Positions 48,872 through 57,649 are shown, counted from the stretch's first letter. The stretch is 60,369 nt of DNA from an uncultured Nitrospina sp. (GCA_964510965.1 CAZECX010000004.1:1-60369); one strand, 5' to 3'. Notes: generated by a model not told the origin, from the letters alone. Made by a program: numbers and translations.

Positions 48872-49921
48872 ATGAAGATAAAACTTGAATCAGACAGTTT
48901 CAGCATTATCGGCGAGAGCCAACCGATTCGCGAGATTTTTGACGTTGTAGAACGAGCCGCCGGGTCGCAAAGCACCGTCATGATTTATGGCGAAAGTGGA
49001 ACGGGGAAAGAGCTTATCGCTCGTGCTTTGCATATGAACAGTCCGCGCGCTTCTAAACCTTTCATTGCTGTTAACTGCGGTGCCATTCCTCATGAACTTC
49101 TTGAAAGTGAGTTGTTCGGTTATGAAAAAGGTGCGTTCACCGGAGCCGTCAACACGCGCGTTGGTCGAATGGAATTGGCGAACGGGGGAACTATTTTTCT
49201 TGATGAAATTGGGGATATGCCGACTTCCCTGCAGGTAAAACTGTTGCGGGTTCTTGCGGAAAGAGAAATCGACCGTATCGGTAGCACCAAACCAACCCCC
49301 ATTGATATACGAGTCATCACCGCCACGCATAGAAACCTGGAAGAGTCGATAAAAGAAGGAAACTTTCGTGAAGACCTTTATTATCGACTGAATATCATCC
49401 CAATTAACCTTCCTCCGCTGCGTGAAAGAAAAACAGATATCCCGCTTTTAGCTAACCATTTTTTAAAACAATTAAATGGCACTGCCGATTCTAAAACCAT
49501 CAATGATGAAGCGATGGGTTTTTTAGTAAATTATTCCTGGCCTGGCAACATCCGAGAGTTAGCCAATTTTGTAGAACGTATGGTGGTGTTGAGTATGGGA
49601 TCCACCATTACGCCTCGTGACTTACCAGAGAAAGTGCTTGGGGATACCCCTAGAGACAAATGGCAACCTCTGGAAGACGAGGAAGAGGGAAATCCCGCGC
49701 AGATGTTGCAGCAGTCTTTGAGGCAATCTTTTCATGTGGGAATTCCTGAAGAAGGCATCAACCTTAAAAAAACCGTGGAAGAGTTCGAAAAAGAATTGTT
49801 ACTCGAAGCCTTGGAAAAAACCGGTTGGGTGAAAAACAAAGCCGCTAACCTGCTGGGCCTCAACCGCACCACTCTCGTAGAAAAACTCAAAAAACTGAAA
49901 ATCACCAATCCCACTGGGTAG
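48872..49921 (+). CDS. Sigma54-dependent activator lacking an N-terminal regulatory domain (FleQ/FlrA-like)
   Basis: Starts at the AAA domain (IIGES), GESGTGKE, GAFTGA, FREDLYYRLN, WPGNIREL, HTH NRTTLVEKLKK. Confidence 0.88.
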   Translation: MKIKLESDSFSIIGESQPIREIFDVVERAAGSQSTVMIYGESGTGKELIARALHMNSPRASKPFIAVNCGAIPHELLESELFGYEKGAFTGAVNTRVGRMELANGGTIFLDEIGDMPTSLQVKLLRVLAEREIDRIGSTKPTPIDIRVITATHRNLEESIKEGNFREDLYYRLNIIPINLPPLRERKTDIPLLANHFLKQLNGTADSKTINDEAMGFLVNYSWPGNIRELANFVERMVVLSMGSTITPRDLPEKVLGDTPRDKWQPLEDEEEGNPAQMLQQSLRQSFHVGIPEEGINLKKTVEEFEKELLLEALEKTGWVKNKAANLLGLNRTTLVEKLKKLKITNPTG

Positions 49922-50188
49922 GCCCTGCTGGCAAAACCGGTCCTTCACCCTTCAATCAAGCACTTTAACAGTGTTCCCCCATTTGCTTTTTGCTTTCATG
50001 CTACTGCGGTTTTTAAGGTGTGATGATATTTTTTCTCTATGGGGAAAAATATCCCCAAACAGCAAAGCAGAAAATTTTGCCCTTTAGAAAAATCCTCCAA
50101 CTCTAAGATTTCCATTTAAAAAGAAATTGCTGCCTTTATAATAAAAGAAAGACATTAAATAAGCTTACTGCCATTTTGGATTCCTGAA

Positions 50189-50204
50189 AGGCAGGATACT
50201 TGCC
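50189..50204 (+). promoter_or_regulatory. Possible sigma54 promoter of the PilZ gene
   Basis: AGGCAGGATACTTGCC (GG-N10-GC), 80 nt upstream of the ATG at 50284. Confidence 0.45.
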
Positions 50205-50283
50205 AAAAACATCAGGTTAAATGGGAAAAAAATCCTTTGAAAGTAGGTTAAATAAATTTTTTTCTAAGAAGGGTAGGTGAAGC

Positions 50284-50607
50284 ATGACTGAAGAAAAAAG
50301 ATCGCGACCCCGCCTCGAACTGAAACAAACTGTCTCGGTATCCGATGAAGAAAGCCTCGCTTTGGTAGAGGTGTTAGACCTGAACCAGGAGGGAATCAGT
50401 TTCCTCGCAGAAAAAGAGTTTAAAAAAGACTCCACTGTATATTTTATTTTCCCGGGCACAGGGGGGCTCCATGAAAATGAAGCGGAGGCACGAATATGGC
50501 GAAGTGAGGCCACGGAATATCCTGCCCTGCCATACAAAATGGCTGCCGTTTTTGTGGATGCAAACATGACCTACCTTGAGGATGTTGCCAAAATGTTAAA
50601 GGTCTGA
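50284..50607 (+). CDS. Single-domain PilZ protein
   Basis: RSRPR (RxxxR) and DLNQEG (D/NxSxxG variant), ~107 aa beta-rich. Confidence 0.85.
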   Translation: MTEEKRSRPRLELKQTVSVSDEESLALVEVLDLNQEGISFLAEKEFKKDSTVYFIFPGTGGLHENEAEARIWRSEATEYPALPYKMAAVFVDANMTYLEDVAKMLKV

Positions 50608-50680
50608 TGCATCGATAAAGGCTTGAAGGTGTTTGTTTGATTAACGGGCTTTGATCTATACCCTGCAGCGGTTTCGCCGC

Positions 50681-50884
50681 TTAGCCTTCGATGCGGGCGT
50701 TGGCGAGTTCCTGGCCGACTTTGGTAAGGTCTTTAACGAATTTCTGGAAAGCCTGATCAGAATCTTTATGCTGGGTTTGTTGGCGAATATTCTCTCCATC
50801 GGCATCAATTATAAGGTCGAGAACATTAACCCCCGGGGTCACATGATGTTTTCTGATTTCTACTCTGATTTCATTGATTTCCAT
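50681..50884 (-). CDS. Small hypothetical protein
   Basis: GGAGA RBS-like sequence before MEINEIRVEI...; plausible composition; no family recognised. A longer start at 50914 is possible. Confidence 0.55.
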   Translation of the reverse strand: MEINEIRVEIRKHHVTPGVNVLDLIIDADGENIRQQTQHKDSDQAFQKFVKDLTKVGQELANARIEG

Positions 50885-51031
50885 GGATCTTTCTCCAACA
50901 GTTATTGACGACAAGCAAAACAGGGTTGCTTGTTGTAGTTAAAAATAGGAAACAAATTAATAGCATTTCGGGGGAATGGGGTCAAGACCCTTTCTGCTTA
51001 TACGCGGAGTTCCCTCCGGTCGTTAGACCGG

Positions 51032-51877
51032 CTAGACCGAAAAATCGAGTATGCGTGCTCGGGATTGCTCGTTTTGGATTTGCGATGCCAGAGCGCGTAT
51101 GGATGTTTCAAATCTCAATAACCCTTGTTGCAGGCGAGTGACCTCCTCGGCCAGATCGGTGTCTGCCAGCCCGGATTCTGCCTGGGTCAGATTCTCGATT
51201 TGCGAATTCAATCCATTAGTGGCACTAGCCAGTCGGTTTCCAATGGCACCGACTTGGCCTCTAGCCGCATTCAACGTTTGTGCTGCTTTTTCAAAATCGT
51301 CTGCGGCTTGCAAGGCGCCTTGTGAGGTCGAGATATCTGAATTGGCGATCCCCAGGGATTCAGTTGTTACACTTTCCACTACATTGAGATTGATCTGATT
51401 GGCGGCTCCGGAACCAGAACCTGCTTGAATATTTACTGGTTCGGCGTTTGGAGCAAGGGAGCCATCTAATAGTTTTTGTCCGTTAAATTCCAAAGAACCC
51501 GTCAATCGGTCAATTTCATTTTGGATTTGTGTGAACTCTTGATCCAAGGCCTGCCTTTGTGAATCGTTCAGAGTTCCGTTGCTGGATTGAATAGCCAGCT
51601 CTCTCCCACGAGCAACCAAATCAGAAACTCCGGCAAGTCCACCGTCAGCAGTACGGGCAAAATTTGCGCCTGATTCCACATTGCTGACGGCTTGGGTGAG
51701 TGCGGTGATCTCAGATCGAAGTTGACTGGAGAGTGCGCTCGCAGCGGCATCGGTTCCGGCCTTATTAAGTTTCCGGCCCGAAGAGATTCGTTCCAACGAG
51801 TTTTGCAGTCCAGACCGGTTCCGATTTATGGTGTTTAGTAACTGGCTGAATGTTCCACCACTTATTGGGTCGACCAT
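51032..51877 (-). CDS. Short flagellin-like protein with atypical termini
   Basis: SLERISSGRKLN..TDAAA, RTADGGL, RELAIQSSNGTLNDSQR, LNFNGQKLLDG-like LEFNGQKLLDG, RGQVGAIGNRL, LADTDLAEE. Confidence 0.85.
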   Translation of the reverse strand: MVDPISGGTFSQLLNTINRNRSGLQNSLERISSGRKLNKAGTDAAASALSSQLRSEITALTQAVSNVESGANFARTADGGLAGVSDLVARGRELAIQSSNGTLNDSQRQALDQEFTQIQNEIDRLTGSLEFNGQKLLDGSLAPNAEPVNIQAGSGSGAANQINLNVVESVTTESLGIANSDISTSQGALQAADDFEKAAQTLNAARGQVGAIGNRLASATNGLNSQIENLTQAESGLADTDLAEEVTRLQQGLLRFETSIRALASQIQNEQSRARILDFSV

Positions 51878-52169
51878 TTTTTTTTGTTCGAATTTGATTA
51901 CTATTTATTAATCATTTTACTGGGCTTCGAGTAAAAAGGTCAACCGGCATACATTTTAAATGGCCAAAACATTTGGAATAGCGCTTAATATTTTAAGTGA
52001 TTTCCTGTCCTGGATGGTGGTGGAATTGAATCGTTTTGTAAGAATTTAGAAGAAATGACGACTATTGGATAGCTTTATAAAATGATTATTGGCCCATCTG
52101 TAGTTTTAACAGGGTAGAATTAATGCCCAGGGTCTTCAGAATATTAAATTAAGGGAAAAAAGAGGACGT

Positions 52170-54314
52170 ATGAAAAACTTAAAACAAATATTTATTATTT
52201 TGGTTATTGCCGGTTGTCTGGGCGCATTTTTTTATCTGGATCTGGGTCAATACCTATCCCTTAAGTATATAAAAGAACAGCAAGCCAATTTTTCTGAGTT
52301 TTATAAAGAAAATACTTTATTGGCGATTGGCGCCTACATGGCAGTTTATATTGTGTCGACGGCACTTTCCCTACCCGGTGCGGCACTTCTTACTTTACTG
52401 GGTGGCGCTTTATTTGGGTTGCTGGTTGGAACGATTCTGGTTTCTTTTGCCAGTAGCATTGGTGCCACACTTGCCTTTCTTGTTTCACGTTTGTTGTTAC
52501 GCGATTGGGTTCAAGATAAATTTGGCAGTCATTTAAAATCTTTTAATGAGGGAGTGCAAAAAGATGGCGGTTTTTATCTTTTCACACTCCGTTTAATCCC
52601 TGCTGTTCCATTTTTTGTTATTAATTTGGTTATGGGGCTGACTCCCATGAAGGCCACAACCTTTTATGGGGTAAGCCAGTTAGGCATGCTGGCAGGGACC
52701 GTTGTGTTTGTGAATGCGGGAACTCAACTCGCACAATTGGATTCTTTAAGTGGCATTCTTTCTCCAGAAATTATTTTTTCATTTGTTCTATTGGGAATTT
52801 TCCCATTGCTGGCCCGAAAACTTTTAAGCTTCTACAAAGGAAGAAGGGTTCTGAGTAAATTTAAAAAACCAAAAACATTCGACTACAACATGGTAGTCAT
52901 TGGTGCGGGATCGGCTGGATTGGTTACAAGCTACATAGGGGCCGCGACAAAAGGAAAAGTTGCGTTGATAGAGAAGCATAAAATGGGAGGAGACTGTTTG
53001 AATACGGGCTGCGTTCCCAGTAAAGCTTTAATTCGTTCAGCAAAATTCATGGCCGATGTAAAAAAATGCCAGAAGTTGGGTTTTAAAAGTGCGCATGTCG
53101 ATTTTGATTTTGCAGAGGTGATGGAACGAGTCCAACGCGTTATTAGAACGGTTGAGCCGCATGACTCAATAGAACGATACACTTCTCTGGGGGTAGAATG
53201 TCACACGGGTGAAGCAAAAATAATTTCTCCCTATGAAGTATCTGTGAATGGAAAAGTTCTCACCACCCGGAATATTGTTGTAGGCACCGGAGCACGGCCA
53301 TCTATTCCTCCCATTGAAGGGATTGAAAATGTTCCATTCCTGACTTCCGATACTATTTGGAATATCCGCGAGCAACCAAAAAAAATGCTTGTGCTGGGGG
53401 GCGGGCCCATTGGTTCTGAGCTGACCCAGGCTTTTGCTCGACTGGGATGCAACGTTACCCAGGTTCAGCGTAATAAACGGTTGATACCTAAAGAAGACCC
53501 GGAAATATCACAAATGGTTTTAGAAAGTTTCCAAAACGATGGGATCAATGTTTTGGTAGGGCATACACCGAAAAAATTCTTTAAGCGCGATGGCAAAGAT
53601 TTTTTGGAATGTGAAAGTAATGGGAACTCCGTTGAAGTCGAGTTCGATACCCTGCTGATCGCTTTGGGCAGGAAAGCCAACACCACTGGGTTCGGATTGG
53701 AAGAGTTGGGAGTGGAATTAACACCACAAAAAACGATCAAAGTAGATGAATATATGAAAACCAATATTCCCAATATTTATGCGTGTGGAGATGTTGCCGG
53801 TCCCTATCAGTTTACTCATACCGCTGCTCACCAAGCCTGGTACTGTGCTGTGAACTCTATGCTAAGTCCTTTTTACGGATTCAAAGTCGATTACAGCACC
53901 GTGCCCTGGTCAACTTTTACTGATCCTGAAGTGGCGCGTTCGGGCTTGAATGAGCTGGAAGCTAAAGCGCAGGGCATTCCCTATGAAGTCACCACTTATG
54001 GAATCGATGATCTGGATCGAGCCATTGCGGATGAGGCTGCGCATGGGATTGTTAAGGTATTGACGGTGCCTGGAAAAGATAAAATTATTGGTGTGACCAT
54101 TGCAGGGTTGCACGCAGGCGATATCATTTCAGAATATGTTGCGGCGATGAAAAACGGGTTCGGCATGAACAAAATTTTGGGCACGATTCATATCTATCCC
54201 ACTTTGGCTGAAGCAAATAAATATGCAGCGGGAAATTGGAAGAAAAATAATGTCACCGAAAAAGCTCTGGTTTGGGGGGAGAGAATCAATCGTTGGAGGC
54301 GAGACTATGTTTAA
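52170..54314 (+). CDS. TVP38/VTT (DedA-like) domain fused to a pyridine nucleotide-disulfide oxidoreductase
   Basis: ALSLPGA...LRLIPAVPFFVIN VTT domain; IGAGSAG, GGDCLNTGCVPSK, GGGPIGSE, YACGDV, YPTLAE. Confidence 0.92.
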   Translation: MKNLKQIFIILVIAGCLGAFFYLDLGQYLSLKYIKEQQANFSEFYKENTLLAIGAYMAVYIVSTALSLPGAALLTLLGGALFGLLVGTILVSFASSIGATLAFLVSRLLLRDWVQDKFGSHLKSFNEGVQKDGGFYLFTLRLIPAVPFFVINLVMGLTPMKATTFYGVSQLGMLAGTVVFVNAGTQLAQLDSLSGILSPEIIFSFVLLGIFPLLARKLLSFYKGRRVLSKFKKPKTFDYNMVVIGAGSAGLVTSYIGAATKGKVALIEKHKMGGDCLNTGCVPSKALIRSAKFMADVKKCQKLGFKSAHVDFDFAEVMERVQRVIRTVEPHDSIERYTSLGVECHTGEAKIISPYEVSVNGKVLTTRNIVVGTGARPSIPPIEGIENVPFLTSDTIWNIREQPKKMLVLGGGPIGSELTQAFARLGCNVTQVQRNKRLIPKEDPEISQMVLESFQNDGINVLVGHTPKKFFKRDGKDFLECESNGNSVEVEFDTLLIALGRKANTTGFGLEELGVELTPQKTIKVDEYMKTNIPNIYACGDVAGPYQFTHTAAHQAWYCAVNSMLSPFYGFKVDYSTVPWSTFTDPEVARSGLNELEAKAQGIPYEVTTYGIDDLDRAIADEAAHGIVKVLTVPGKDKIIGVTIAGLHAGDIISEYVAAMKNGFGMNKILGTIHIYPTLAEANKYAAGNWKKNNVTEKALVWGERINRWRRDYV

Positions 54315-55158
54315 AAGGTTGATTTCCACCTTTACTTTTTCTGTTAGTTTTTTTTTATTTGGAATTGCTGGTTCTGAAGAGATAAGGCAGAAACCGGTAT
54401 TAGATGAAAAATTAATTAATGCGATCCTTGATTCAAAACAAACAGGAATGGCTTTAATTCCCAGCGGTCAATTCACGAGAGGCTCAGCCCCCAAACATGC
54501 ACAAAAGGTTTGTCTTAAGAACAATGATTATTGTAAAGAAAAATGGTTCAAAGATGAAGAACCCCTCCACTCAGTCAAGTTAAACAGCTACTACCTTGAC
54601 ATCTATGAAGTGACTCAAAAAGATTTTCAACGGGTCATGAATAAGAACCCATCTGATTTTAAAGGCTCAGATTTGCCCGTGGAGAGAGTTACCTGGTATG
54701 AAGCCGTGGAATATTGCAAGAAAGTAGGGAAACGACTTCCTACAGAAGCGGAATGGGAATGGGGTGCCAAAGGAGGAAAGCATTGGACCTTCATCTGGGG
54801 CAACAAAGCAGAATCCCATAAAGCTAACTTTTGTGATAGAAGTTGCGAAAAGCGATGGAAAGAAAAACAGTTTGAAGACGGTTATTCTCACACCGCCCCT
54901 GTGGGTAGTTTCCCTCCTAATGATTATGGTTTGTATGATATGGCCGGTAACGTATATGAATGGGTTATGGATTGGTATGAAGACGATTATTATGCCCACT
55001 CTCCCGCTGAAAATCCCAAAGGCCCGGAAAATGGCAGTCGCAAAGTGATGCGCGGTGGGTCCTGGATCAATTACTCTGTAGGTGTACGACCCTCTGACCG
55101 GACAGAAGCGAAGCCCTCCAAAAGAATAAACTTCGTAGGTTTTCGGTGCGCCCGCTAA
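54307..55158 (+). CDS. Exported FGE-sulfatase (SUMF1) domain protein without the catalytic cysteines
   Basis: Signal peptide; DEEPLH, YEVTQ, RLPTEAEWE, GLYDMAGNVYEW, RGGSW, GFRCAR; ATG overlaps the upstream stop. Confidence 0.88.
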   Translation: MFKRLISTFTFSVSFFLFGIAGSEEIRQKPVLDEKLINAILDSKQTGMALIPSGQFTRGSAPKHAQKVCLKNNDYCKEKWFKDEEPLHSVKLNSYYLDIYEVTQKDFQRVMNKNPSDFKGSDLPVERVTWYEAVEYCKKVGKRLPTEAEWEWGAKGGKHWTFIWGNKAESHKANFCDRSCEKRWKEKQFEDGYSHTAPVGSFPPNDYGLYDMAGNVYEWVMDWYEDDYYAHSPAENPKGPENGSRKVMRGGSWINYSVGVRPSDRTEAKPSKRINFVGFRCAR

Positions 55159-55356
55159 TACCCCTGCGGGGCATGAATTCTATGGAAGGGATATAACACG
55201 TGGGAGGAAATATTAACCAACCTATTGTTAAAGGCTTCACGATGTCTCTGCTTGTTGGGTATGGTCTTATTGCTACCGGCGGCTCGCCGGGGGGGTTGCA
55301 AAGGGGGTGGGGGGAGTTTAAAATTGCTGAGATTTTAAACTTGAGGAAAAAGCCAG

Positions 55357-55956
55357 ATGAAGGTTTCCATCAATGGAGCGCAGCAACAAGAGTCCGATTT
55401 TAATGGCGAAACTTTAGGGGATATTCTCGACTCTATAGTTAAGCAAACACCTGGGTCCTATATCAGGCGCATATGGCTGGATGAAAAAGAATCCTCTGCT
55501 GATGACCCGAATGCTCTGCAAAAAATCCCCTCTGATATTCAATCTCTTGAAGTCGAACTGGCAAATTTGAAAGATCTGGTAGCGACCAATCTTGCAAATG
55601 CGCTGGACTATTTGCAAAAGCTCATCCCTGGTTTTGAAAACGCGGCAGATTTGTTTCGAACCGGAAATGAGCAAGAAGCCAATAAATATTATCTTCAAAT
55701 TTTGGATGGGATTGAGTGGTTTTCCCAGGTCGTAAATATAATTATGAAGCCTGACGAAGGGGAGGTGGTGTTGCCCGGGGCTGAAAATGAAAATTTGCAA
55801 GCTCGGCAGGAAAAGCTTACGGATTTGATGAGCCAAATGTTGGAAGCAAATCAGAATCAGGATTGGGTGCTTTTGGCTGATGTGCTGGAATATGAAATGG
55901 TACCTTTTTATAAAGATTGGGAAAAAATTCTCTCCAAATTAGAAAATCCGCATTAA
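55357..55956 (+). CDS. Conserved hypothetical protein of flagellar/motility-accessory loci
   Basis: Ubiquitin-like N-terminus (MKVSING) plus helical C-domain ending DWVLLADVLEYEMVP, a motif I recall from proteins near flagellar glycosylation genes; not verified. Confidence 0.6.
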   Translation: MKVSINGAQQQESDFNGETLGDILDSIVKQTPGSYIRRIWLDEKESSADDPNALQKIPSDIQSLEVELANLKDLVATNLANALDYLQKLIPGFENAADLFRTGNEQEANKYYLQILDGIEWFSQVVNIIMKPDEGEVVLPGAENENLQARQEKLTDLMSQMLEANQNQDWVLLADVLEYEMVPFYKDWEKILSKLENPH

Positions 55957-56091
55957 TTATTTCCTCCTTCTATTTTAATTTTATTCACATAACTATCTGA
56001 ATAACAATCTATTATTTATTTTCCGGGCGGGGTTTTAATTGCAATAGCTAGTGAATATAGATATTTTTTAAAAAAAGTCCTAAATTAGCGC

Positions 56092-56118
56092 TAAAGTTTG
56101 GTTGGGTTTTGCCGATAA
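56092..56118 (+). promoter_or_regulatory. Sigma28 (FliA) promoter
   Basis: TAAA(GTTT)-N15-GCCGATAA, an exact consensus. Confidence 0.8.
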
Positions 56119-56234
56119 GCAAAGCGAAGGACTATCGTCTTCTCTGGGGTAAAGGTAATTATGGAGGAGAGAAATTTACAGGCGTTTATTTTTGGGTAGT
56201 TTTTTTCAAGAAGGATACTTGATACCTGATTATC

Positions 56235-56261
56235 TTATCGGTCAAGATTGCTAAAGCTTTA
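56235..56261 (-). promoter_or_regulatory. Second sigma28-like promoter, facing the first
   Basis: Minus strand TAAA(GCTT)-N15-ACCGATAA. Confidence 0.55.
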
Positions 56262-56366
56262 CCAGGCAATTGATTTTTTTTTGGATAAGAGTTTCAGGTA
56301 TCGGGAGGCAGCCCCAGGGACCGGGTACCAAAACCTATATAAGAAATTGTATGGAAGGGGGATGCT

Positions 56367-57344
56367 ATGGCAGAAGAAGTTGGAAATTTTCCCTTGGACC
56401 AGGGGAATAGAGGTGCATTAAGAGGCTTGGAAGAGTCTCGGGAAGAAGCTGGGCGACCTCGCCGTCTTGATGACGCAGAAGAAGAAGTTAGAGACCCAAG
56501 ACGCGCCCAGGAGTCTGCGGCAGAAGAAGAAAGAGATGTGGCTCGGCCGGAGAGAATAGAAGACCGGGTCGAACTTACTCAGGAGGCCCTGGATCAAAAT
56601 CAGGCAGCGGAAGAAACCCAAACCCAGGAAACTCAACGAAATAAATTAGCGGAACAGGACTTTGCGCAAGAGGAAGCTCAGGCACAATCTGTTGTTGAGC
56701 AACGGTCTGAATCCCAAGATGCTATTCAGAGTAACCGAAGAGAGGCTCCGCCTGCAAATACAGGCGATGCAGCCATATCCCCCGGACAGGGCGGGTCAGA
56801 TCCTGAAGAGGCCCTCAATGAAGGTTTTCAACTGGGTAATACCCAAACGAACCCCAACCGTATTCAAGAATTTGCCTCACGGAATCAGATAGACAATCCC
56901 GAGGAAGCCGCTGCAGCCACCAACGATTTGGCAGCGGACCAAGCCTCTCAAGCTAGAGCCGCGCGAGAGGAAAGCACTGAGGTTGCGGATGCTCCTGAGC
57001 AGCAAAATGTTCAACTCCAGCAAAGAGTCGAAGAAGATAATGCAGAGATTCGGGGAACTGAAGAGGTAGAGGTTCAGGAGAACAGTCTCTCTGAAACAGG
57101 GGCAAATGTACCTGAGACAAGAGCAGATCAAAGGGCTGAAGATGCGCGACAAGCAGCCCGCAATGAACCGCCTTTGGAAATTCCTGGATCAGATGTGGAA
57201 CAAATTGAGGAGGCTCCTGATCCCTTGCGGGAAGCTCAGGATAACAATCCGCTACGCGCGCCAGGGCCTTCTGCAATCAGGGATGAGCCGGATGCTACGG
57301 CAATAGAAACAGAACGTGGACAGAATGTCAGCAACTTAATTTAA
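56367..57344 (+). CDS. Acidic, low-complexity, probably disordered hypothetical protein
   Basis: Strong RBS (GGAAGGGGG), 325 aa rich in E/Q/A/D/R/N with almost no aromatic residues; EDRVELTQEA motif and C-terminal ETERGQNVSNLI. Confidence 0.78.
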   Translation: MAEEVGNFPLDQGNRGALRGLEESREEAGRPRRLDDAEEEVRDPRRAQESAAEEERDVARPERIEDRVELTQEALDQNQAAEETQTQETQRNKLAEQDFAQEEAQAQSVVEQRSESQDAIQSNRREAPPANTGDAAISPGQGGSDPEEALNEGFQLGNTQTNPNRIQEFASRNQIDNPEEAAAATNDLAADQASQARAAREESTEVADAPEQQNVQLQQRVEEDNAEIRGTEEVEVQENSLSETGANVPETRADQRAEDARQAARNEPPLEIPGSDVEQIEEAPDPLREAQDNNPLRAPGPSAIRDEPDATAIETERGQNVSNLI

Positions 57345-57355
57345 ACAACGAACCG

Positions 57356-57608
57356 CGCCCGCCAGCGGCATGCTGTGGGCCTTATTGTACAACTCATCAA
57401 GAGGAGATACGCCAGAACCGGAACACCCCATCGCTTAGAAGAGGATCTCGATTAATATTGGAATGGTTTGCGGCCTTGCCCAATATTAAACGAAGGTTCA
57501 GATTTTGACTTAAGGCCCGTCAGGGGCACCTGTCACACCGGCGTGGTCTGTCGCCTTTCGGCGGAAGTCCGTCATCGGTGTGTAAGCACGCAACTGGCGA
57601 GGCGGGCG
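57356..57608. ncRNA. Candidate structured non-coding element of unknown class (~253 nt)
   Basis: Nested complementary stems: CGCCCGCC/GGCGGGCG, GGGCCTTA/TAAGGCCC, TTAATATTGG/CCAATATTAA, CAGG/CCTG, CACACCGG/TCGGTGTG, CGCC-TTTC-GGCG; followed by T8. Confidence 0.55.
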
Positions 57609-57649
57609 TTTTTTTTCGGTAAATCTGTGCGATTCCGATCTTGATGTGT

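Noticed and set aside
52100-52125. Sigma28 promoter for the flagellin-like gene (TTATTGGC...TTTA)
   Set aside because: The -10 matches 7/8 but the spacer is 11 nt instead of ~15.
52170-54314. Mercuric reductase merA or lpdA
   Set aside because: No C-terminal Cys-Cys pair, no NmerA domain, no mer operon; the LpdA catalytic His is replaced by Tyr.
55200-55403. ORF MGGNINQP... and the many antisense or shifted ORFs in the supplied track
   Set aside because: They overlap well-supported genes, lack RBS and motifs, and have shadow-ORF composition.
57356-57608. tmRNA, RNase P, SRP, 6S RNA or c-di-GMP-I riboswitch
   Set aside because: Lacks tRNA-like ends and tag frame, the GAGGAAAGUCC/ACAGAA P4 pair, the SRP helix-8 motif and the GEMM GCAAA...GAAA...GACGCAAAGC order; the branched layout does not fit the 6S rod. 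A covariance search is still needed.
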